Of a stretch of 64,000 nucleotides of DNA, positions 57,352-64,000 are shown in pieces (position 1 is the first letter of the stretch; each line of letters begins with the position of its first letter). The DNA is from Mariniblastus sp. (GTDB taxonomy: Bacteria; Planctomycetota; Planctomycetia; Pirellulales; Pirellulaceae): the NCBI GenBank assembly GCA_028823415.1, contig JAPKBL010000016.1:2062-66061 (forward strand). The letters are read 5' to 3'. A program made the position numbers and the translations under genes. Below the pieces are notes generated by a model. That model was given only the letters and a program-made list of their open reading frames with translations. It did not search any database and was not told the origin of the DNA.

Positions 57352-58335
57352 TTATCGCGGCTTTTTCTTCGAAAGCCGTTTCGTGGGCGATTTCTTTTTG
57401 GCTACTTTCTTAGTCACCTTCGCTTTTTTTACCGGCTTGGCGGCCGTCTTTTTGATCGGCTTGGTGGTTGCTTTTTTCACTACCTTTTTCTTAGCCTTGT
57501 TCGCGGTTTTTTTCGCGACCGGCTTCGCTTTGGCGGGTGTTTTTTTCGCGACCGGCTTCGCTTTGGCGGGTGCTTTTTTCGCTACTTCCTTGACCACCTT
57601 CTTTACAGGTTCTTTTTTGGCAGGCGCCTTTTTCTCAGGTTCTTTTTTACGACTTGCACGTTTGGGGAATCGCTCTTTGGCGTCACCATTGACTTTCAAT
57701 ATTTTGGCGCGTAGCGCGGTGCTGAAAGGAGCACTGTTGAACGCGACAGCCAACTGATGAGCCAGAATCGAAAACTCCGCTCCCTTGGCTTTCGCGATAG
57801 TCCGCTCTAAACCCGGCACCCGATCCTTTTTTGATTCATCCTCAGTCACAATCCCGAGTACGTAAAACAAACGCATCAAGGAGTGGTCGAGAGGAATCGA
57901 GTGGCCTCCCAGTCCGTTCTGAGCCACGTAGGAAACGACAAACTGGGAAACGCCGTTAAATTTTTGAAACGTCTGAACGGCTTTGCTGAGATTTTCTTTC
58001 TTAAGAAAATCGAGATCAAACTGATAGTAGTGCTCAAAAATCCCGTGAAGGGTTTTCTTCAAACTCCTCGCCGCCGCAGTGGGATCGGATAGATTACGAC
58101 ACGACTCCGCCAGTTCAGCCACCGTCGTTACCCGGACTTCATTCCAGTCGAAATAATTCTCTTGAAGCTTCGCGAATGCATCGTCGGCAGCATCAAAATT
58201 TGAATTTTCCAGGCAGCACCCATAAATCATGTGCTCCAACACCGAACGGTTCGATGGCGGGGTAATCACCTGATATTCTTTTTTGACGAACTTGTGAAGT
58301 TTCGTAATCAAATCAGCTCGGTTTTTCGCGGACAT
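57352..58335 (-). CDS. HhH-GPD (endonuclease III)-like domain protein with a histone H1-like Lys/Ala/Pro-rich C-terminal tail
   Basis: The N-terminal 230 aa or so follow the EndoIII-superfamily pattern (VLEHMIYGCCLENSNFDAADDAF...WNEV...FNGVSQFVVSYVAQNGLGGHSIPLDHSLMRLFYVLGIV). The C-terminal 100 aa or so are KKAPAKAKPVAKKTPAKAKPVAKKTANKAKKKVVKKATTKPIKK... The domain assignment is by eye. Confidence 0.6.
   Translation of the reverse strand: MSAKNRADLITKLHKFVKKEYQVITPPSNRSVLEHMIYGCCLENSNFDAADDAFAKLQENYFDWNEVRVTTVAELAESCRNLSDPTAAARSLKKTLHGIFEHYYQFDLDFLKKENLSKAVQTFQKFNGVSQFVVSYVAQNGLGGHSIPLDHSLMRLFYVLGIVTEDESKKDRVPGLERTIAKAKGAEFSILAHQLAVAFNSAPFSTALRAKILKVNGDAKERFPKRASRKKEPEKKAPAKKEPVKKVVKEVAKKAPAKAKPVAKKTPAKAKPVAKKTANKAKKKVVKKATTKPIKKTAAKPVKKAKVTKKVAKKKSPTKRLSKKKPR
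57507..57572. repeat. Perfect 33-nt tandem duplication inside the Lys-rich tail coding region
   Basis: The unit tttttttcgcgaccggcttcgctttggcgggtg occurs twice head to tail (57507-57539 and 57540-57572). It is in frame and encodes the duplicated AKPVAKKTPAK unit. Confidence 0.9.
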
Positions 58336-58470
58336 TTCTTCTCTTTACAACGGTTGAACCAAATTGGATTGAAATAGATTAACGATTTAGAATAGTCTCG
58401 AATTGTTCGGCGTCACCACCTTGAACGGAATTCATTGCGATAAAGCTCCATCCAGTGCAGATCTAACCGT

Positions 58471-58971
58471 TTAAACCGGACCTTCAACCGATTCGCCCGG
58501 ACTCTCCCGATCGGTTTCGTGCGTTGGATCAACGGCGCTCACCCCGATCGGCGCTTCCGAAGGATCCGAGGAACCGGACGCCTCTGGCTCTCCGGCATTT
58601 GACTCGGCTTGCCCTTCCTGAACGCGCTCGGCAGGAATCACTTCCTCGAGAATACGAGTCACGAGCAAGGCATGCTGGATTCCCTGGTCGAGCACAAACT
58701 GAAGTCGTGGCGTGTATCGCGTGTCGATGCGGTTTCCTACTTTCTGCTGCAGGTAACCGGCTGAACTCTGAAGCCCTCGAATACAAAGCCCCTGTTTCGT
58801 TTCATCGCCCATGACCGAGACGTGGACCTTGGCCTGTCGCATGTCGGGAGCGACTTCGACCAGCGTCACAGTGACATCTTTGATCCTAGGATCCTTGAGA
58901 TCAGCGATAATCGCCATGCTGACGACTTCTCGGATCGCCTGAGCGGCTTTTAAGACACGACGGGAACTCAT
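58471..58971 (-). CDS. rbfA: Ribosome-binding factor A with an acidic C-terminal extension
   Basis: It has an RbfA-like core (RVLKAAQAIREVVSMAI, VTLVEVAPDMRQAKVHV, RYTPRLQFVLD) followed by an extra Glu/Pro/Ser-rich tail of about 45 aa. Confidence 0.85.
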   Translation of the reverse strand: MSSRRVLKAAQAIREVVSMAIIADLKDPRIKDVTVTLVEVAPDMRQAKVHVSVMGDETKQGLCIRGLQSSAGYLQQKVGNRIDTRYTPRLQFVLDQGIQHALLVTRILEEVIPAERVQEGQAESNAGEPEASGSSDPSEAPIGVSAVDPTHETDRESPGESVEGPV

Positions 58972-59045
58972 AATTTAAAGCCTGGGAATGACACTAAAAC
59001 AAGACGAACAATTACAGGCAACCGCCTGCCACTAAAATCCGAAAT

Positions 59046-61940
59046 CTACAAGGTCCGCGCAACTTCTTCGATCTTGTAAGCTTCGAGCGTATCACCTTCC
59101 TTGATGTCATTGAATTTTTCCAGCTTGATTCCACACTCCATGCCCCGCTGGACTTCCTTGGCGTCGTCGCGTTCACGCTTCAACGATTCAATAGCGTAAT
59201 CACCGATCACAGTTTGATCACGAATGACCCGCATCCGACATTCACGTTGAACCGAACCACGCATCACTCGGCAACCGGCAATCATTCCAGTCTTACTGAC
59301 ACTGAATGTTCGCAAGACCATTGCCATCCCGAGTTCCACGACCTGCTCTTCAGGCTTCAAACGTCCTTCCAGAGTGGCTTTAAGATCATCAGTAATTTTA
59401 TAGATCACATCGTATCGACGAATCTCGACACCAAGTTCATCCGCCAGAGCTCGGGCTTCTTCATTAGCTACAACATTAAAGCCAACAATCACACCCGATG
59501 ATGCATGTGCCAGACGGACGTCACCGACCGAAACACCGCCGGCTAGCGACTGGAGAATCTTAATCTCGACCTCGGGATGTGCAATCTTCCCAAGTTCTTT
59601 TTGGATCGCTTCAATCGAGCCTTTTACGTCAGCTCGAATGATCAAATTCAACGTCACCATATCCTGAGAGTTGCGATTCAGATTTCCCGACTCAAGCAAC
59701 TTCTGGAATTCATCAAGCGAAGTCTCAACCGACCGACCGCCAACCTGCTCGACCTTGCCACGATGTAATCTCGTTGCCGCAATTTCGCGGGCCTTGGCGA
59801 CGTCATCGACTACATAAAATTTGTCTCCCGCGCCGGGGGCAACATCCAAGCCAGTCAGGTTGATTGGCGTGGAGGGTTCAGCTTCTTTAAGTTTCTTTTT
59901 TGGATGCAGCGTGTCGTACATCGCTTTCACTTTTCCGAATGAGCCGCCGCATACGACGACGTCGCCAACCTTTAAAGTACCGCCCTGAACCATCATTTTC
60001 ACAACGACACCACGATCGGACTGCTGCTCAGCCTCGAGGCACGTTCCGAAGGCCGGGCGTGTTGGATTCGCCTTGTACTCATGAAGCTCAGCGGTTACCA
60101 AAATAGTCTCCAGCAACTCATCTAAACCAGTCCCCTCGATGGCGCTGGTCTGAATCACTTCCGTTTCACCGCCCCATTCACTTGGAAGTAATTCGTGCGA
60201 AGCTAAATCCTGCAACGCTTTGTCTGGTGTCACCCCAGGCAAATCAATCTTGTTCAACGCAACGATGATCGGCACACCTGCCGCCTTCGCGTGACTGATT
60301 GCTTCCTCCGTTTGAGGCATAATGCCGTCATCGGCGGCGACGACCAAAACAGCGATGTCGGTGACATTGGCACCGCGAGCTCGCATTTCAGTAAACGCTT
60401 CGTGGCCAGGCGTGTCCACAAATGCAATCTTGTTTTCACCCTTCTTGATTTCATATGCCCGGATGTGCTGGGTAATTCCACCCGCTTCACCCGAAACAAC
60501 ATCGATTCCGATTAATGCATCGAGCAGAGATGTTTTTCCGTGATCGACATGACCAAGAAAAGTGACAATCGGAGCTCGTGACTCAAGAGCCCCGGCGTGT
60601 TCTTGCTCGACATCGAAATCAGCAAGCAATTCATCTTCGAGAGACTGGTATTCGCGAATCTCCAAATCGATGCCGAGTTCCTCGACGAGCATCTCGACCA
60701 TTTCGTCTTCAACAATTGAATTGATAGTCTTATTCGATTCGTCACCCAACTGTTTTATCGCAAACAGAACCTTTACTTTCGGAACGCCAGCGGCTTCCGA
60801 AAATTCGCGTACCGTACAAGGCAGTTGTAGGACAACATTTTCTTTCCTTGGTGCTGCGGTGTTAACGGTTGGACCAGAACGATGTCGCCGACGAAATGAA
60901 GACTGATGTCGAGACGGCCTTCGATTCTGACGGGCAGGGCGGGAACCCATCGGACTGTCGTCGCGAGTCCCCCGTTCGCGTCGAGCGCCGAGCCCTCGCT
61001 TCTTACTTGCATCTTCGGCTTCAGCAACGGCGTCGGCGGTCTTTCCCTTTTTCTTCTTATCTTTGGAATTGGTAAGATGCTGCAGCGGTGCAACACCCCC
61101 TCCAGATTTCACGCTCTTAATCGCGTCCTGGGGTAAAGCAATGTCCGGCTTTTGTACCTTTTCACCCGTTTCTTTTCGTGGCTGCGGTTGCTTGACCGCA
61201 GGCATCGCTGCCAGACGAACATTCGCTCCGGTAGCTTTCTTTTTGGGTGTTTCCTTTTTTAACGCATCGCCTTTAGCATTCCCGCTTCGATCGAGATTCT
61301 TTAGCGCACGACGCGGAGCGACACCTGGCGGCCGCCTCGGCATCAAGGGAGGTTTAACCATCGGTGCAACCGTCTTAGCCGTCGGTGCAACCGTCTTAGC
61401 CGTCGGTGCAACCGTCTTAGCCGTCGGCTCAACCCGCTTCGCTTTGGCAGCGACCTTGGGTTTTACAGGCTCGCCTTCGGCCTTGGGCTTTACTCCGCGA
61501 ATTCGATCGAGCAAACCACCTCGCTTGGTAGGAACTGCCGGCTCCTCGGACACTTCAGAGGGACCCGGCGTTTCAATACCTTCCTCAACGACTTCCTCCT
61601 CAACGACTTCCTCCTCAATGACTTCCTCCTCAACGACTTCTTGAGATTCGGATTCCACCTCCTCTTCAATCGTCGGGGAAACAGGCGAAACGATTTCGCC
61701 AATTTTCTTTTTAGAAGCCGCCGGACGCACAGGGCGCATCGGTGCGGCAACGTCGGGCTCTGGCTCCGGCTTTGCTACGTCGCCTCCAGACATAAACCCT
61801 TTGACGATGGCAATCTCGTCATCTTCCAGACTTGCTAGCGCAGAGCCCTTACCCTTGATGTTTGCTTTTTCACAAATCTCAAGTAATTGCTTGTTATCAA
61901 GCCCAAGTTCTTTTGCAAACGCGTAGATGCGTACGGGCAC
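59046..61940 (-). CDS. infB: Translation initiation factor IF-2
   Basis: The GTPase motifs are [21 protein letters not shown] and NKID, with an IF-2 C-terminal domain. GTG at 61940 gives the typical N-terminus (M)[12 protein letters not shown] and is preceded by GAAGGAAGG at a 9-nt spacing. The ORF track uses TTG at 62015. Confidence 0.93.
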   Translation of the reverse strand: MPVRIYAFAKELGLDNKQLLEICEKANIKGKGSALASLEDDEIAIVKGFMSGGDVAKPEPEPDVAAPMRPVRPAASKKKIGEIVSPVSPTIEEEVESESQEVVEEEVIEEEVVEEEVVEEGIETPGPSEVSEEPAVPTKRGGLLDRIRGVKPKAEGEPVKPKVAAKAKRVEPTAKTVAPTAKTVAPTAKTVAPMVKPPLMPRRPPGVAPRRALKNLDRSGNAKGDALKKETPKKKATGANVRLAAMPAVKQPQPRKETGEKVQKPDIALPQDAIKSVKSGGGVAPLQHLTNSKDKKKKGKTADAVAEAEDASKKRGLGARRERGTRDDSPMGSRPARQNRRPSRHQSSFRRRHRSGPTVNTAAPRKENVVLQLPCTVREFSEAAGVPKVKVLFAIKQLGDESNKTINSIVEDEMVEMLVEELGIDLEIREYQSLEDELLADFDVEQEHAGALESRAPIVTFLGHVDHGKTSLLDALIGIDVVSGEAGGITQHIRAYEIKKGENKIAFVDTPGHEAFTEMRARGANVTDIAVLVVAADDGIMPQTEEAISHAKAAGVPIIVALNKIDLPGVTPDKALQDLASHELLPSEWGGETEVIQTSAIEGTGLDELLETILVTAELHEYKANPTRPAFGTCLEAEQQSDRGVVVKMMVQGGTLKVGDVVVCGGSFGKVKAMYDTLHPKKKLKEAEPSTPINLTGLDVAPGAGDKFYVVDDVAKAREIAATRLHRGKVEQVGGRSVETSLDEFQKLLESGNLNRNSQDMVTLNLIIRADVKGSIEAIQKELGKIAHPEVEIKILQSLAGGVSVGDVRLAHASSGVIVGFNVVANEEARALADELGVEIRRYDVIYKITDDLKATLEGRLKPEEQVVELGMAMVLRTFSVSKTGMIAGCRVMRGSVQRECRMRVIRDQTVIGDYAIESLKRERDDAKEVQRGMECGIKLEKFNDIKEGDTLEAYKIEEVARTL
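61360..61440. repeat. 21-nt in-frame tandem repeat (three full copies plus one degenerate) in the infB N-terminal region
   Basis: The unit gtcggtgcaaccgtcttagcc occurs at 61360/61381/61402, with a degenerate copy from 61423. It encodes the TAKTVAP repeats. Confidence 0.9.
61579..61640. repeat. 15-nt in-frame tandem repeat (about four copies) in the infB N-terminal region
   Basis: The unit gacttcctcctcaac/t is repeated and encodes [20 protein letters not shown]. Confidence 0.85.
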
Positions 61941-62172
61941 GTGGCGTGACCTTCCTTCTTTTTTGGGCAATCCCAATTCTGACACCAGAACTGAATGACC
62001 GCCACCTTTTGACAATTTGCTTTACATAAAACGTCCCCTCTGCCGAACAGTGAAAAGAAACCAGCGATTTCGCTGACCTCCATACCTGGCACAGACACGG
62101 TTATATATATCCCCACGAATTAAAGGAACTGGCTTTCACCCGCTCCACCTAATCCGACTAATAGTTTTTTGC

Positions 62173-63510
62173 CTACTCCGATGACTCCTCATCTTCTGTG
62201 GGCTTCGCTGGCTCTGTCGATCCCGCTGAATCAACCGCCGCCTCTTCGGAAGCACTCGCCGCTTGAGCCCGCAACTGCTGCTCAACTGCAACCCGTTTCG
62301 CTTCCACTGCGGCCACCGCGGCAGCCGCTTTTTTCGCCCGTTTCTCCTGAGCTTCTCGCGCTTCCGCCTCGACGGCGAGCACGTCAGCCTGCTCGACAAT
62401 GGCATCAACCTGACCTTCAGTCAAATCTCCCATCACCATCAGATCTGGAGGCTCAATCACGGAGAGGTCATCGTAGGACAAATATCCCTCTCCGACCAGA
62501 CGATTTGCTAAATCTTCGTCAACTCCTTCGAGCTTACAGAAGCCTTGAACCGCACGGTCAATTTGTTGCTCCAACTCCCCTTGAGTCATAATTTCGATGT
62601 CCCAAGTGCATAATTTACTCGCCAAGCGGACGTTTTGCCCTCGTTTTCCAATCGCGAGGGACAATTGATCTTCACGAACCAACACAATGGCACGACCCAT
62701 CATCTGGCACAAAATGACCTCATCCACTTCTGCAGGCTGAAGAGCATTGGGAATCATTTGCATCGGATCTTCATCAAATCGGACGATGTCGATCCGCTCG
62801 CCGGCAAGTTCATCGATGACCATTTTAATTCGATTTCCTCGAACACCGACGCATGCTCCGACACAATCCACTTTGGAATCAATACTGCTAACAGCGACCT
62901 TCGACCGATAACCGGGTTCCCGCGAAATGGCATTAATTGAAATAACGCCATCTGCAATCTCTGGTATCTCGCTTTCAAACAACCGCTGGACGAACACCGG
63001 ACGGGTCCGACTAAGAACCACCTTCACTCGACTCCCTTGAGCCTTGACCTCCGTCACGAGAGCCCGAACTCGTTCATTCGGCTGATGGGACTCACCGGGA
63101 ATCTGCTCGCTTCGCGGCAAGATTGCCTCGATCGGCCCAAGGGTGACCGTGGTCACGCGACCCTCGTTCCGATGGACGGTTCCGGTTACCAAATCGTTGA
63201 TGATCTCGCTGAACTCATCAATCTGCGAATCGCGTTCCGCCTCGCGTACTTTCTGAATAATGACTTGCTTTGCCGTCTGAGCACCGATTCGCCCGATTAC
63301 TTCTTCGTAATCCAACTCATCTTGGCCACACCGACCAGCAATTTGCCCAGAATCTCGCTCAATAATAAACTCAATATCAGCGTCTTCGCCAAAATGCTTC
63401 CGCGCAGCAGATATCAAGGCTGACTCGATCGCGACAAAAACAATCTCCTTCTCAATGTTTTTTTCGCGATGAAGTGAATCGACAATCCGCAAAACTTCAC
63501 TGGCGTTCAT
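62173..63510 (-). CDS. nusA: Transcription termination/antitermination factor NusA
   Basis: It has an N-terminal RNAP-binding domain, an S1 domain (GTVHRNEGRVTTVTLG) and KH1/KH2 domains (GACVGVRGNRI, AIGKRGQNVRLAS), then an Ala-rich acidic C-terminus. Confidence 0.95.
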   Translation of the reverse strand: MNASEVLRIVDSLHREKNIEKEIVFVAIESALISAARKHFGEDADIEFIIERDSGQIAGRCGQDELDYEEVIGRIGAQTAKQVIIQKVREAERDSQIDEFSEIINDLVTGTVHRNEGRVTTVTLGPIEAILPRSEQIPGESHQPNERVRALVTEVKAQGSRVKVVLSRTRPVFVQRLFESEIPEIADGVISINAISREPGYRSKVAVSSIDSKVDCVGACVGVRGNRIKMVIDELAGERIDIVRFDEDPMQMIPNALQPAEVDEVILCQMMGRAIVLVREDQLSLAIGKRGQNVRLASKLCTWDIEIMTQGELEQQIDRAVQGFCKLEGVDEDLANRLVGEGYLSYDDLSVIEPPDLMVMGDLTEGQVDAIVEQADVLAVEAEAREAQEKRAKKAAAAVAAVEAKRVAVEQQLRAQAASASEEAAVDSAGSTEPAKPTEDEESSE

Positions 63511-63512
63511 TT

Positions 63513-64000
63513 TTATTCTTTCAGTAAATTCTCCCCCGAATCGGGGTCAAACCACAAAACACGGCCGAGATCAATTGTGATCTGAAACCGGTCACCCGAT
63601 GCACACTTGGCATCCGATTCCAACCGGAACAAAACAATCTGCTCAATCGTATTCTTCTGTACTAATTTATCTTCTTCGGACTCTTGGGCCACTGGCCCGC
63701 AAACCCTGGAATGAACCATCGTCGATTCTCCCAGTCGATCAACCTCGGTCACTTCGACCTCAGTCCCTCCCTCGCTCGCCCCAAGACCGACGTCTTCGGC
63801 CCGAAAACCGACAACTACCGCTCTCCCACCAGAAACCCCACCCAACAGGGCCTCCAACTCCTCAAACCGAGGACTCTCAGGCCCCCAAGTCATCGGGATT
63901 CGACTCTCAAATTCGATCCGCTGTCCGACCTTACTAACTGTTCCAGCACAAAGGTTGATCGGCGAATTGCCGATAAACTTTGCAACGAACAGGTTGGCGG
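63513..64000 (-). CDS. ABC transporter ATP-binding protein, MalK/UgpC-like C-terminal regulatory (TOBE-type) region. The 5' end lies outside the window.
   Basis: The frame is open to the right edge of the window and reads ANLFVAKFIGNSPINLCAGTV... upstream of the listed 126-aa ORF. FxAxFIGSPxMN is the junction motif of MalK-type ATPases. The stop lies 2 nt before the nusA start. Confidence 0.65.
   Translation of the reverse strand, partial: ANLFVAKFIGNSPINLCAGTVSKVGQRIEFESRIPMTWGPESPRFEELEALLGGVSGGRAVVVGFRAEDVGLGASEGGTEVEVTEVDRLGESTMVHSRVCGPVAQESEEDKLVQKNTIEQIVLFRLESDAKCASGDRFQITIDLGRVLWFDPDSGENLLKE

Noticed and set aside
57128-57757. A 209-aa plus-strand ORF with hydrophobic FFATGFALAG repeats that looks like a membrane protein
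   Set aside because: It is the antisense reading of the Lys/Ala-rich tail (AAG/GCC codons read as CTT/GGC) and of the yebC 5' end. The repeats simply mirror the 33-nt duplication.
61063-61644. A 193-aa plus-strand ORF, plus the 21-nt repeats, considered as a possible CRISPR-like or independent gene feature
   Set aside because: The repeats are directly adjacent with no spacers. They are in frame within infB and encode a peptide repeat. The ORF is antisense to the IF-2 low-complexity region.
62136-62408. A 90-aa Arg-rich minus-strand ORF at the nusA 3' end, and the 61835-62116 ORF considered as possible ylxR
   Set aside because: Both overlap nusA or infB out of frame. Neither shows the YlxR/DUF448 pattern, and their composition is typical of off-frame translation.
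1-64000. Mobile elements, prophage, an integrase-flanked island or a defence island anywhere in the window
   Set aside because: No transposase, integrase, phage structural gene, restriction-modification gene, cas gene or terminal inverted repeat was recognised. Gene content is dominated by conserved housekeeping functions, with no abrupt compositional change visible by eye.

Overview
The window looks like a mostly housekeeping chromosomal segment from a member of the Planctomycetota. The taxon call is an inference from gene content: a PSCyt/DUF1549/DUF1553 plus DUF1501 gene pair, futalosine-type menaquinone genes, PQQ-propeller and AsmA-like envelope proteins, and many genes without Shine-Dalgarno sequences. 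I support about 48 protein-coding genes.

Main gene groups:
- Translation and nucleic-acid core: mnmA, typA, glyQS, a nusA-infB-rbfA block, priA, recG, rnhA, mutM and yebC.
- Biosynthesis: trpBA, folD, nadD and hemY, plus a menaquinone late-step cluster (radical-SAM Mqn enzyme, UbiA-like, UbiX-like, UbiE/MenG).
- A complete four-enzyme hydroxyproline catabolic set.
- Two orphan histidine kinases and several secreted or envelope proteins.

I did not recognise any rRNA, tRNA, CRISPR array, transposase, integrase or prophage gene. I do not see a compelling defence island or an obviously new multi-gene system.

The items most worth a second look are all single genes or gene pairs:
1. An HhH-GPD-like protein with a histone-H1-like Lys/Ala/Pro tail that carries a perfect 33-nt duplication.
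2. A 941-aa lipoprotein with two central TM helices, followed after a 21-nt gap by an ABC-2-type ATPase with no permease gene.
3. A double trypsin-fold/PDZ protease whose second module has Cys in place of the nucleophile Ser.
4. hemY translationally coupled to the hydroxyproline genes.
5. A long, ORF-poor, hairpin-rich leader upstream of folD.

All homology calls come from reading the translations by eye against remembered family motifs. No search was run.
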